Shown piece after piece: positions 41,434 to 51,347 of a stretch of 64,000 nt of DNA. This DNA comes from an uncultured Rhodobacterales bacterium (GTDB lineage: Bacteria > Pseudomonadota > Alphaproteobacteria > Rhodobacterales > Rhodobacteraceae), in the NCBI GenBank assembly GCA_964392825.1, contig CAYMRW010000001.1:15331-79330 (forward strand), read 5' to 3'. Under the pieces are notes generated by a model. That model was not told the origin of the DNA. It worked only from the letters and a program-made list of their open reading frames with translations, and searched no databases. The position numbers and the translations under genes are program-made. The first letter of the stretch is position 1. Each line of letters starts with the position of its first letter.

Positions 41434-42018
41434 CCCGGCGAGAAGCGCGAACCCGCCCAGCGCAAGCGGCAACGTCGCGGGTAGCGGTATCACCCCCGAC
41501 GGCGGCTCGGCGAAGGCCACGTCGATCTGCAGGCGCGAATCGGCGGCGATTCCGACGCTCTCGAAATCGACGACGATTCCGTTCCCGCCGTCGACGACGC
41601 GGACGCTGTCTTGAACGAGGCCCGTGTAGCCCTCGGACGAGGTGACCGACGCCGTCAGGATGCGCATGATCGCGTCCATGTCGTCGGCGAAGGTGAAACC
41701 GAAGGTTCCCGGAGCCTGCGGAATGTCGTCGTTCGAGACGAACTCGATCGTGGATGCCCCGATGTCGATGTCGAAGCTCAGGAAGCCGCCACTGCCGGAC
41801 CCGAAATCCGAAAGCTCGACACTCTCGTCGACGAGAACGACCTCCTCGGCAGTGGGCAGGGTCGCATCGCCGAGAAATTCGGTCACACGAATCTGCTGTC
41901 CATCGAAGTTCATCACCGCGGCCTGCGCTCCGCCCGCCGCGAACACGGTAGCTGCGCCGGCGATGGCCGCCGCGCAGGCAAAACGGCGCCGCAAGGACGC
42001 CCTATCTGCAGTATTCAT
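41413..42018 (-). CDS. VPLPA-CTERM exosortase substrate
   Basis: Signal peptide ending AQA-AV, acidic body, C-terminal VIPLPATLPLALGGFALLAGLGRRRG. Confidence 0.9.
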   Translation of the reverse strand: MNTADRASLRRRFACAAAIAGAATVFAAGGAQAAVMNFDGQQIRVTEFLGDATLPTAEEVVLVDESVELSDFGSGSGGFLSFDIDIGASTIEFVSNDDIPQAPGTFGFTFADDMDAIMRILTASVTSSEGYTGLVQDSVRVVDGGNGIVVDFESVGIAADSRLQIDVAFAEPPSGVIPLPATLPLALGGFALLAGLGRRRG

Positions 42019-42223
42019 TCCGGAACTCCCGTTCACCATTACCAACAGAGTTCAGTATGGCCGAGGTTTTCCGTGAATAATAGACTGTTCCTAAACCATT
42101 TTTAGGCTAGACCGCGCCTGCTTGTTGCAACCGGTAGTTTATCTTCCGACCGCTGTGGGGGCTCGCGTCGCGGGTGCGCCGGCGTGTAGGGAGCAGAAAA
42201 CGACCCTAGCCAGAAGGCCCGCG

Positions 42224-43159
42224 ATGCCCGATCGCAGCTACGTCCTGATTTCCCCCTGCCGCGACGAGGCCGCCTACATGCGTCGCACCCTCGACAGCGT
42301 CGTCGCGCAGACGGTGCGGCCGACGCGCTGGGTGATCGTCGACGACGGATCGACCGATGCCACGCCCGACATCCTCGCCGACTACGCCGCGCGCCATGAC
42401 TGGATCGAGGTCGTGGCGAAGCCCGACCGCGGCGCCCGTGCCGTCGGCCCGGGCGTGATTGAAGCGTTCTACCACGGGCTCGAACGGGTGCGGCTGCAGG
42501 ATTATGCCTACCTCTGCAAGCTGGACCTCGATCTCGATCTGCCCTCCGGCTACTTCGAGGGGCTGATGCTCCGGATGGAGGCCGATGGGCGCATCGGCAC
42601 CTGCTCGGGCAAGCCCTACATGCGGGTGGGCAATCGCCTCGTGTCAGAGAAATGCGGCGACGAAATGTCGGTCGGCATGACCAAGTTCTACCGGACGGCG
42701 TGCTTCGCCCAGATCGGCGGCTTCGTGCGGGAGGTGATGTGGGACGCGATCGACTGCCACACCGCGCGGCAGATGGGCTGGATCGCCGTCTCGTGGGATG
42801 ATCCCGACCTCCGCTTCGAGCATCTGCGGCCAATGGGCTCGAGCCAGAAGAGCGTTCACGTCGGCCGGAGGCGGCACGGCTTCGGTCAGTACTACATGGG
42901 GTCGGACCCGCTCTATTTCACGGCAACCGCCGTCTTCCGCATGGCGCACCCGCCCTACGTCGCGGGAGGGCTTTCCATGCTGGCGGGCTATTTCGGGGCT
43001 TGGATGCGCCGCGCCCCGCGCCACCCCGATGCCGAGCTGCGTGCCTTCATCCGCGCCTATCAGCGTCGCGCCCTCCTCAAGGGCAAGGCGCGCGCCGTGG
43101 CCGAGATCGAGGCCGAGCGGGCCGCCCGCTTCCGCCCCGCCTCGGGCACCGCCGCCTGA
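42224..43159 (+). CDS. Glycosyltransferase family 2
   Basis: ISPCRDEA, WVIVDDGSTD and KLDLDL motifs. Confidence 0.9.
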   Translation: MPDRSYVLISPCRDEAAYMRRTLDSVVAQTVRPTRWVIVDDGSTDATPDILADYAARHDWIEVVAKPDRGARAVGPGVIEAFYHGLERVRLQDYAYLCKLDLDLDLPSGYFEGLMLRMEADGRIGTCSGKPYMRVGNRLVSEKCGDEMSVGMTKFYRTACFAQIGGFVREVMWDAIDCHTARQMGWIAVSWDDPDLRFEHLRPMGSSQKSVHVGRRRHGFGQYYMGSDPLYFTATAVFRMAHPPYVAGGLSMLAGYFGAWMRRAPRHPDAELRAFIRAYQRRALLKGKARAVAEIEAERAARFRPASGTAA

Positions 43160-43296
43160 CACGCTTCCGGCACGAGACCGATGATTGGCCGCATGGCCCC
43201 GCCGTCTCACGCCTGCCAAGGAGTGACCCCGCCCCGTCACCTCTTCCCGGGGCGCGGCTGCCGGGCGGCGCGAGCGCAGTTTGGATGGGATCGCCG

Positions 43297-44151
43297 ATGA
43301 ACGAGCTTCCGCGGACCTTCGTGCTCGGCCTCGGGGCGCAAAAGGCGGCGACGAGCTGGGTGCACCGCTATCTGCGGCACTACCCCGAGGCGTCGCTCGG
43401 CGCGATCAAGGAATACCACATCTGGGACGTGCTGCGGGTGCCCGAGCTCGGCTACTTCTCGCCGCTCACACCTGCCGCACGGGCGAAGTCGCTGGCCCGG
43501 CTGGCACTCGGCCGCAGCATCGAGGGGGACCGGCTGCGACGGCGCTTCTGCCAAGCCCCCGAAAGCTACTTCGACTACTTCGCGGGCCTGCTGCAGCGGC
43601 CGGGCATCCGCCTCACCGGCGACATCACCCCGAGCTACGGGGCGCTTCCCGCGGAGGCGCTGCGCGAGATCCGCGCGGGCATGGAGGCGCGCGGCGCCAC
43701 GGTCCGTGCGATTTTCCTGATGCGGGACCCCGTCGAGCGCAGCCATTCCGCGGTCCGTATGCACAAGCGTGACCGACGCAATCGCGAGGGGGTCGACATC
43801 CGTCTCGACGACGACGCGGCACTCCGCCGCTACGTCGCGGGGGAAGAGGCGCGGCTGCGCGGCGACTATGCCCGGACGCTCGCCGCGATCGACGCCGTCT
43901 TTGCGTCGGACGAGGTGTTCTTCGGCTTCTACGAGACGATTTTCACGGAAGGGGAAGTACGCCGTCTCAGCGCCTTTTTCGGGGTGCAACCAGACCTCGA
44001 CTTCGTCGCCAACAAGGTGAACGTCAGCGCCCGCGGCGGCGCGCTCGCCCCGGAGACGGTGCGTGCCGTCCAGCAGGTCTTCGCCGACACCTACGCCGTC
44101 TGCGCCGAGCGCTTCCCCGTCACCCGCGAGATCTGGGCGCAGCCGACCTGA
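43297..44151 (+). CDS. Sulfotransferase
   Basis: GAQKAATSW, KEYH.W, GDITPSY and MRDPVERSHS motifs. Confidence 0.88.
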   Translation: MNELPRTFVLGLGAQKAATSWVHRYLRHYPEASLGAIKEYHIWDVLRVPELGYFSPLTPAARAKSLARLALGRSIEGDRLRRRFCQAPESYFDYFAGLLQRPGIRLTGDITPSYGALPAEALREIRAGMEARGATVRAIFLMRDPVERSHSAVRMHKRDRRNREGVDIRLDDDAALRRYVAGEEARLRGDYARTLAAIDAVFASDEVFFGFYETIFTEGEVRRLSAFFGVQPDLDFVANKVNVSARGGALAPETVRAVQQVFADTYAVCAERFPVTREIWAQPT

Positions 44152-44171
44152 GATGTCGCGGCCGGTTCCTG

Positions 44172-44558
44172 TCAGGCCGCCCGCAGCGCCGCCACCACCC
44201 CTTCGGCGCGGCTGACCAAGACGCGGTCGAGGGTGACGACGTCGCCCGACCGGAAGCCCTCGCGGAAGGCCGTCCGCAGCGCCGTGCGCCGGGTGGAGTC
44301 GCAGTCGATGAGCGTCGCCCTAGCCAGCGCCGGGCGGCCGAGGAACGCAGCCTCAATGTCCGCTATGCCCTCGGCCTCGCGGTAGGCGCGGCCGATCCGT
44401 GCCGCCCAGGGCATGTCGGCGAGCGCCACATCGAGCCGATCGAGCGGCAGCGCCGCGAGGCTGGCGCGGTTGCACCAGACGAGGCTGCCGCCCATGCCGG
44501 CGAGCCCCAGCGCCACCAAGCCGCCGCCCGCCGCGAGAAGTGTCCGTCGCGTCGTCAT
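44172..44558 (-). CDS. Small Tat-signal protein coupled to the GMC oxidoreductase
   Basis: ATG overlaps the GMC stop (TGATG). TRRTLL twin-arginine signal; C-terminal REGFRSGDVVTLDRVLVSRAE. Confidence 0.78.
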   Translation of the reverse strand: MTTRRTLLAAGGGLVALGLAGMGGSLVWCNRASLAALPLDRLDVALADMPWAARIGRAYREAEGIADIEAAFLGRPALARATLIDCDSTRRTALRTAFREGFRSGDVVTLDRVLVSRAEGVVAALRAA

Positions 44559-46150
44559 CACGCCCCCCGTTCGGACTTGATGTGGTCGGCGAGGCGGATC
44601 GCGAGAGCGGTGATCGTCAGCGTCGGATTGGCCCTGCCCGCCGTCGGCATCACGCTGCCACCGGCCATGTAAAGGTTGCGCGTCCCGTGGACCCGGCAGT
44701 CCGGGTCGACGACGCCGTCCGAGGGCCCCTCGGCCATCCGCGTGGTGCCCAGCTGGTGCCATGAGGTGGTGAAGTTCCAGTATCGCTCCTCGACCCCCTC
44801 CTCGAACTCGAGCCGGCCGAGATCGGCGGCGCCCACAGCCTGGCCGATGAGTTCGGTGGTTCGCACCAGGCTCCGCTTGTCGTCCTCGGTGGGCGACCAG
44901 TGCAATTCGGGGAGCGCCAGGCCGAGCGTGTCGGTCGCCTCCGTGAGCCGCACGCGGCTGTCGCGCGACGGCTGCTGCTCGGTTTCGTACTTGAGAAGGA
45001 CCCGGTCGACACTGCCACGGGGGAAGACCGTCTGCGCCACCAGCGCATCGGCGTTCTGGATGAAATTGCAGTAGCTGCGGCCGAGCGAGAAGTTCCGCCC
45101 CTCGCGGCCCAGCGTCCATTTGGCGAGCGATTTAAGCCCCTGCATCCCGGAGTTGGCGTCGCGCTCGCGCTGCCGCGCCGCCGTATCTGAGGAATACGGG
45201 ATCAGGTAGAACTGCGCGTTGAGCAAGCCCTCGCGCTCGAGCACGGCATCGTGCAGGCGCCAGACGTAACCCACGGCGGTACCGTCCGGAGCGGTCAGAT
45301 CCTCCGACCAGTTCGCCTTCCGCGGCAGCGGCTCGCGCGGCCAGAGGAATGCGGAGCCGCCGGTCGGGTGGTCCATGTAACAGGCGCCGATCAGATCGCC
45401 TGCGGCGCCGAAGGACGATCCGTTGGCGGCGTTTGCGAGGAGCATCTGCCGGGCGTTCTCGACCGCGCCGCAGGCCAGAACGACCGCCCCTGCGGTGAAG
45501 CTGCGTTCCTCACCCGAGAGGGTCCGCGTCCGCACCGCCTCGACCGTTCCCTCCGGCGAGATGTCGAGGCCGACGAGGTTGGTCCAGAGCCAGAGATGTA
45601 CCTCATCCGACCCGGCGAGGAAGGCGCGGTAGCTCTCGCCGAAATTGGTGGGCGGGTTGGTGCTGAAGCGCAGCACCGCGTTCTCGACCGTGTCATCGCC
45701 CGCGAGCAGCAGGTCGTTCTCCGTGACCCCCTGAGGGATCGAGACGCCGTACTCGTAGGCGCCGATCTCGAGATAGTCGTGGGCGCGGGCGTAGAACGGA
45801 TCGAGCGCCTCGCGCGAAAACGGCCAGCCGGTCATGCCGCCGGGCGGCCGTCGCGCGAAGTCGATCGGGTCGAGCGGCAGGCACCGGCCGCCCCAATGGT
45901 TCGACGTGCCGCCGAGCATCCGAAGCCTTATCGCCGTCAGGTCGACCTCTTCGAGGCCGCTCACCGCGCCGTCGTACAGCTCCTGGTTCTCGGACTCGAA
46001 CGCTTCGCCGCCGCCCTCGACGACGGCGATCCTCAGCCCGGTTCCTCCGAGCTCATGGGCCAGGGTGACGCCGGCGGGACCGCTGCCGACGATCAGGACG
46101 TCGTAGTCGAGGGACGCGGGGGCGTCCGCAGAGCGTCCGTCGATGATCAT
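44558..46150 (-). CDS. GMC family FAD oxidoreductase
   Basis: DVLIVGSGPAG, RMLGGTSNHWGG, LACGAVENAR, HQLGTTRM and GRANPTLTI motifs. Confidence 0.93.
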   Translation of the reverse strand: MIIDGRSADAPASLDYDVLIVGSGPAGVTLAHELGGTGLRIAVVEGGGEAFESENQELYDGAVSGLEEVDLTAIRLRMLGGTSNHWGGRCLPLDPIDFARRPPGGMTGWPFSREALDPFYARAHDYLEIGAYEYGVSIPQGVTENDLLLAGDDTVENAVLRFSTNPPTNFGESYRAFLAGSDEVHLWLWTNLVGLDISPEGTVEAVRTRTLSGEERSFTAGAVVLACGAVENARQMLLANAANGSSFGAAGDLIGACYMDHPTGGSAFLWPREPLPRKANWSEDLTAPDGTAVGYVWRLHDAVLEREGLLNAQFYLIPYSSDTAARQRERDANSGMQGLKSLAKWTLGREGRNFSLGRSYCNFIQNADALVAQTVFPRGSVDRVLLKYETEQQPSRDSRVRLTEATDTLGLALPELHWSPTEDDKRSLVRTTELIGQAVGAADLGRLEFEEGVEERYWNFTTSWHQLGTTRMAEGPSDGVVDPDCRVHGTRNLYMAGGSVMPTAGRANPTLTITALAIRLADHIKSERGA

Positions 46151-46177
46151 CGGCTCTCGCTTCTGGGGCGGTCTCGG

Positions 46178-46193
46178 GTAGGAAATTTCCTAC
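46178..46193. promoter_or_regulatory. Perfect 16-bp palindrome, candidate operator
   Basis: GTAGGAAATTTCCTAC, about 28 bp upstream of the GMC start and downstream of rmlC. Confidence 0.5.
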
Positions 46194-46237
46194 ACCACAT
46201 CCGTCTGCCATGGGGAAGACTGCGCGTGGTCACATGC

Positions 46238-46813
46238 CTAAGCCGGGATGGACCCGGGTCGAAAGGGCGTCGCGAATGCCTCGAAGGGCGGCGCGGCGGC
46301 GTCCTTGTCGCTCAGGATCGGGGCACCGTTTCGCGCGGCGGCCGGGGGCCAGTCGATGCCGCAGCTGTCCCACCTGATCGTGCCCTCGCTCGCCGGGGCG
46401 TAGAAATCGGTGCACTTGTAGATGATCTCTGTGGCGTCCTCGAGCGTCAGGAACCCGTGCGCGAAGCCGGGGGGAACCCACATCTGGCGGCCATTCGCTG
46501 CCGAGAGCTCGGCCCCGGCCCAGCGGCCGTAGCTCGGACTGCCCTCGCGGATGTCGACCGCCACGTCGAAGAGCGCGCCGCGACCGCAGCGCACGATCTT
46601 GCCCTGCGCGTGCGGCGGCCTTTGGAAATGCAGGCCGCGCAACGTGCCGGCTCGCTCGGACAGCGAATGGTTGTCCTGGACGAAAGCGGCCCCGATCCCC
46701 GCCTCGGCGAAAGTGCGCGCGTTCCAGGCCTCGGCGAAGAAGCCGCGCTCGTCGCCGAACCGGCGCGGCGTCACGATCAGCACCCCCGGGAGGTCGGTGG
46801 TCTCGATCTGCAT
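46238..46813 (-). CDS. rmlC: dTDP-4-dehydrorhamnose 3,5-epimerase
   Basis: FGDERGFF, FVQDNHSLS, LRGLHFQ, DVAVDIR and GFAHGF motifs. Confidence 0.97.
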   Translation of the reverse strand: MQIETTDLPGVLIVTPRRFGDERGFFAEAWNARTFAEAGIGAAFVQDNHSLSERAGTLRGLHFQRPPHAQGKIVRCGRGALFDVAVDIREGSPSYGRWAGAELSAANGRQMWVPPGFAHGFLTLEDATEIIYKCTDFYAPASEGTIRWDSCGIDWPPAAARNGAPILSDKDAAAPPFEAFATPFRPGSIPA

Positions 46814-46988
46814 GGGCTGGCCTTCCAATTCAGGGTTCCGGTCTTTCCTGTCGCGGGACGAGGGAGAACACCAGAGCGCCGGTTCGCCCCCCCGGCGCGG
46901 GTCCTGTCCGCCTTCCCCGCCGGCGGAAGGCGCGGGAGGGCTGGCGGGCGCAGGACCACGGACGACCGAGGCGGCAGCATCCGGCGCC

Positions 46989-48281
46989 TCAGAAGAAGGA
47001 CGGTCGGTTGCAACGGCGGCCCGCGACCCAATCCCAGACCTGCGCGATCTGGGCGGCCTTGGCGTCCCACGTGAAGAGGGTGCGGGCACGATTCTCCGCC
47101 GCGCGGCCAAGGCCCGGAAGCTCCGAGGGATCGGCGGCGACGGACATCAGGCGATCGCGAAGCGCGGCGACGATCGTCTCGCGCGGACCGATCGGGACGG
47201 TGAAGCCGGTCCCAGGCGTCACCAGTTCGCCCGGGCCGGCATAGTCGACGACGAGGGGGACGACGCCGGTGGCCATCGCCTCGAGCACGACGCCGCCGCC
47301 GAACTCGCGGATCGAGGGAAAGACAAGGAGGTTCGATCGCGAGAGGATCTCGCCCACTCGGGCATGCGGGACGTTGCCGTGGAAGGTGATGGACTGCTCG
47401 ACCCCCTCGCGCGACGCCATCGCCCGGAGCTCGCCCATCATCGGCCCGTCGCCGACCACGTCGAAGGTCATGCTGGACGCGCGGAGGAGCGGTAGAACCG
47501 CCTCGAGCGCCATGTCCGGCCCCTTGTAGGGCACGAGCCGGCCGACGAACACGCCGCGCAAGGGGCCCGACACGTCCTGCGGGGAGGCCGCGGGGAAGCG
47601 CGCGGGGTCGATCGCATTCTCCGGCAGGTAGACCACGCGATCTCGTGCCCAGGCGGGGATCTCGCGCGCGGTATGGCGCGACCCGGCGAGGATCGCCGCC
47701 GCAGCCCGCAGCATCCGCGTGCGCCCCGGCACCAGCCTGTAGGCGCCGCGCACGTAGGAGAGCCATTCCCGCTCGCGCCGCCGCTCCGCGTCGAAGCCCG
47801 ACGGCCAGGGGACGCCGCCGTTGAGCGGTCCCATCACGAACGGCACCCCGGCGCCGGCGACCCTGGCGGCGATGGGACTGACGGTCGTGGGCGTGAGCGG
47901 GGTGATCCGGTGCACGACGTCCCATTCGCCGGCGGCGATCCCCGGCCCGAATCGCTGCCAGACCAGCCGTTCGAAATACGGATAGACGAAGCCCGCGATC
48001 GCGGTCGAAGTGGTCCAACCCTTGCCCCGGCCCATGCGCAAAAGCTCGGAGGCGCGGTGCATCGGTCGCGCCAGCGCTTCGGTATCTATCGCGGTGAAAT
48101 CGCGGCCCTCCTCGAGCCCGGCACGCAGGATCGCCTCGCGGTTCCGAACCTGGGTGACGAGGTGCACGTCGGCGACGCCGCGCAGCGCGTTCGCAAGCGA
48201 CCAGCCGACGAGCGGCACGCTGACCCATTCGGGGTTGGCGGCCTCGGCGATCAGAAGGGCCCGCCTGCGCGCCTCCGTCAT
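46989..48281 (-). CDS. Glycosyltransferase family 4
   Basis: AEAANPEWVSVPLVGW, FVGRLVPYKG and FPSIREFGGGVVLEAMA motifs. Confidence 0.92.
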   Translation of the reverse strand: MTEARRRALLIAEAANPEWVSVPLVGWSLANALRGVADVHLVTQVRNREAILRAGLEEGRDFTAIDTEALARPMHRASELLRMGRGKGWTTSTAIAGFVYPYFERLVWQRFGPGIAAGEWDVVHRITPLTPTTVSPIAARVAGAGVPFVMGPLNGGVPWPSGFDAERRREREWLSYVRGAYRLVPGRTRMLRAAAAILAGSRHTAREIPAWARDRVVYLPENAIDPARFPAASPQDVSGPLRGVFVGRLVPYKGPDMALEAVLPLLRASSMTFDVVGDGPMMGELRAMASREGVEQSITFHGNVPHARVGEILSRSNLLVFPSIREFGGGVVLEAMATGVVPLVVDYAGPGELVTPGTGFTVPIGPRETIVAALRDRLMSVAADPSELPGLGRAAENRARTLFTWDAKAAQIAQVWDWVAGRRCNRPSFF

Positions 48282-49420
48282 CTGCCGCGCGAGAGAAGCC
48301 GACGCTGGTAGTTCTCGTACCAGCGCTCGAGATCCCCGCGATCGTGGCGGAAGATGCCCGGCGAGCGGGCAATCCCTTCGGCCATGCCCTGAAGTTGCGG
48401 GAAGGTGAGACGGCCGGTCATCGCGTCCTTGAGGAACTCGGCGACGAGGCGCCGGACGGCATAGACGTAGTAGATCGCGACGTGGCGGGCCGGCTGCTTC
48501 GAGTTCTTCCGCGTCAGGTAGGCCGAGTTCATCACGCTCAGCATCGCCGCCTGACGCCGCTTGATCCGCCCGGCCGCGACCTCGACATGGTCGAGGTGCG
48601 CATTGCGGGCGATCACGTTCGCGCCGTGCCGTGCGAAGCGGTAGCTCGCATCAAGATCTTCGGTCGGACAATAGGCCAGCAGCGTGCCGTCGAAGGGCTC
48701 CCGCAGCGCGACCCCGCGGCGGACGGTCATCCCCCAGCCCGGCAGGTACTGCGACCAGGCGATGTCCGGAATGCCGAGCGCTGCCACCGCCTCGGGCCCC
48801 CTGCGACCGGTCTCGTCGTCGTAGCGGATGAAGATGCGGTCGCGCGCGGTCATCAGCACCTCGCGCAGGACCCAGCGGACCGCGGCCGACCGTGTCACCA
48901 TCCGCTGCGCCCAGGGCGCGCCCAGACCGCCCGCGTTTTTCTTCTCGACCGCGGTGCCGGCCGGGCCGCGGGCGTTCATCGCCGAGACGCCGACGATCAC
49001 CCCCCCGGCATCGCGCTCGTAGACGTCCATGATCGTGGCCGCGCAGTCCTCGCGCATCAGTGCGTCGTCGTCGAGCAGGAACGCAATGTCGGCCGATAGC
49101 AGCGAGAGACCCCGGTTGCGCTGCGCTGTCAGCGATTTCCTGTCGCTGGGAACGTAATGGAGCGGCAGGCCAGCCGCCTCGACGAGGGGCGCGATGCGGT
49201 CGCGATGCGCCTCCCAGGCATCGCTCGCATCGACCACCACGACCTCCGCGGGCGGGCGGGTCTGCGCGAGGGCCCGGCGAACGCAATCCTCCAGGATGTC
49301 GATGCGGTTCAGCGTCGAGACGCAGAGCCCCCAGGTCCGCGTCACGCGCGCGCCGGCTTCCGCGGGCACCGCCATGTCCGATGCCCCGGGCGCGGGGCCG
49401 TCGTTCAGATCGCGGGCCAT
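48278..49420 (-). CDS. Glycosyltransferase family 2
   Basis: STLNR, VVVVDAS, QRNRG, FLLDDD and EDLD motifs; ATGA overlap with the GT4 gene. Start approximate. Confidence 0.85.
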   Translation of the reverse strand: MARDLNDGPAPGASDMAVPAEAGARVTRTWGLCVSTLNRIDILEDCVRRALAQTRPPAEVVVVDASDAWEAHRDRIAPLVEAAGLPLHYVPSDRKSLTAQRNRGLSLLSADIAFLLDDDALMREDCAATIMDVYERDAGGVIVGVSAMNARGPAGTAVEKKNAGGLGAPWAQRMVTRSAAVRWVLREVLMTARDRIFIRYDDETGRRGPEAVAALGIPDIAWSQYLPGWGMTVRRGVALREPFDGTLLAYCPTEDLDASYRFARHGANVIARNAHLDHVEVAAGRIKRRQAAMLSVMNSAYLTRKNSKQPARHVAIYYVYAVRRLVAEFLKDAMTGRLTFPQLQGMAEGIARSPGIFRHDRGDLERWYENYQRRLLSRGR

Positions 49421-49705
49421 CCGGCGTCCACCTTTCGAAGCCAGTTCCATTGGGCCCGGCGGTACTACGAAGCGGCAACGCGCGGCAAGAAGTGCAGGGC
49501 GTCATGCTTACCGCACGGCCGCGACCCTCGCGGATTAACCGCTTGGCCTCATTTGATCTGCACAAAGCGTGCGATACTTGATGGAATCGGCGCTCCCGCC
49601 TAAGGCCATGCCACGCTCCGCGCGGGAACGCGGCGTTCAGGACAGGTCCAGCCTGTCGCGGCGGGGCGAACCGTCGGCACCGAGCCGGCCTGTGACGAGG
49701 GTGGA

Positions 49706-51307
49706 ATGACGTTTACGAGTGGCACGACGCGTTCTCCGCAGGGCCTGCTTTCGCTGGCACACTGGGGGATCTTCTGGCTCGTCGTCGCGGTGGCGGGCGC
49801 CGCCATATTCTTCTCCTACGGGATCGAGGCGCTGATGCGCGCCTGGGCCAAGCCGGAATACAGCCACGGACCGCTGATTCCGGTCCTGTCGCTGCTCCTG
49901 TTCCTGCGCCAGCTGAAGGAAGTCCCGATCAACGAGGGGGCGGTCCGGAACCGCTGGCCGGGCGTCGCCGTGATGGCCTTCGCCGTCCTCTTCGGGCTCC
50001 TGGGCAACCTCGCGCACATCGCCGACGTCACTGCCTACGCCATCATCATCTGGGTCTGGGGCGTGCTGCTCGTCAGTTTCGGGCTGCGCACCGGGCTGCT
50101 TCTCTGGCCGCCGGTGCTGCACCTCGTCTACATGCTGCCCCTGCCCGACACGCTCTACTACAAGGCCACCACCTACCTGCAGTTCATCTCGTCGGAGCTC
50201 GGCGTGCAGTTCCTGCGATGGCTCGACGTGTCGGTCTATCTCGAGGGCAACATCATCGACCTCGGGGTCTACCGGCTGCACGTGGCCGAGGCCTGCTCGG
50301 GCCTGCGCTACCTCTTCCCCATCCTCAGCTTCAGCTACATCTTTGCCGTGCTCTACCGCGGGCCGATGTGGCACAAGGCCGTGCTTCTGGTCTCGGCGGC
50401 GCCGATCACCATCCTGATGAACTCGGTGCGCATCGCGATCGCAGGCGTTCTGGTCAACGTCTACGGCGTGGAATGGGTGGAGGGGTTCACCCACTTCTTC
50501 GAGGGCTGGGTCATCTTCATCACCTGCGTCCTGATCCTCTTCGGCCTCGCGTGGGTTCTCCTCTTCCTGCGCCGGGACAAGCTCAGCCTCGTCGACGCGC
50601 TCGACCTCGACACGACCGGCCTCGGCGCACAGGCGATGCGCATCCGGTTGGTGCAGCCGTCGACGGCGTTGATCACCGGCGCGCTGATGATGGTGGTGGC
50701 GGCCGCGGCCTGGCAGTTCGCGCCCGAGCGCGGCACCACGATACCCGACCGCGAGCCCTTCTCGCTGTTCCCCGCCCAGCTCGGCGATTGGCGCGCAAGC
50801 CCTCCGGAATACCTCGAGGCCGATGTCGAGCGCGCGCTGAAGGCCGACGATTATCACCAGGTAACGCTCCAAGCCCCGGGCGCGGCAGCTCCCGTCGGGC
50901 TCTTCATGGCATGGTATGCCGACCAGACCCGGGGCGGCATCCACCCGCCCGAGGTCTGCCTGCCCGCGTCGGGGTGGGAGATCGCCTGGCTCGAGCGTAC
51001 CGACGTCGCGGACGAGATCGGTTATCCGGGGCAGTTCGATCTCAACCGGGCGATCATCCAGAAGGGTACGACGCGGATGATGGTCTACTACTGGTTCGAT
51101 CAGAAGGGCCGCAAGGTAGCCTGGGACATGGCGGCCAAGTTCCATCTGCTCGCGGACGGCATCCTGACCGGACAGACCGACGGCGCCATCGTGCGGCTGA
51201 CAACCCTGATCGCCGGCGGCGAGACCGACGCCGCGGCCGAGGCCCGCCTACAGGACGTGCTGAAGCAGGTGGCAGGCCCGCTCCCGCGCTTCATTCCGGG
51301 CAGCTGA
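49706..51307 (+). CDS. xrtD: Exosortase D (VPLPA-CTERM-specific) fused to an EpsI-like domain
   Basis: EYSHGPLIP, catalytic VAEACSGLRY, NSVRI and HFFEGW. C-terminal EpsI-like domain with LKADDY, HPPEVCLP..GW and YYWF. Confidence 0.93.
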   Translation: MTFTSGTTRSPQGLLSLAHWGIFWLVVAVAGAAIFFSYGIEALMRAWAKPEYSHGPLIPVLSLLLFLRQLKEVPINEGAVRNRWPGVAVMAFAVLFGLLGNLAHIADVTAYAIIIWVWGVLLVSFGLRTGLLLWPPVLHLVYMLPLPDTLYYKATTYLQFISSELGVQFLRWLDVSVYLEGNIIDLGVYRLHVAEACSGLRYLFPILSFSYIFAVLYRGPMWHKAVLLVSAAPITILMNSVRIAIAGVLVNVYGVEWVEGFTHFFEGWVIFITCVLILFGLAWVLLFLRRDKLSLVDALDLDTTGLGAQAMRIRLVQPSTALITGALMMVVAAAAWQFAPERGTTIPDREPFSLFPAQLGDWRASPPEYLEADVERALKADDYHQVTLQAPGAAAPVGLFMAWYADQTRGGIHPPEVCLPASGWEIAWLERTDVADEIGYPGQFDLNRAIIQKGTTRMMVYYWFDQKGRKVAWDMAAKFHLLADGILTGQTDGAIVRLTTLIAGGETDAAAEARLQDVLKQVAGPLPRFIPGS

Positions 51308-51347
51308 GCCTGCACCCAATCTCCGGAAGACAGGAGGGTCGTGTCTC

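Noticed and set aside
42019-42223. Sigma-54 promoter expected for PEP-CTERM-type genes
   Set aside because: No convincing TGGCAC-N5-TTGC found by eye upstream of the VPLPA-CTERM genes or xrtD.
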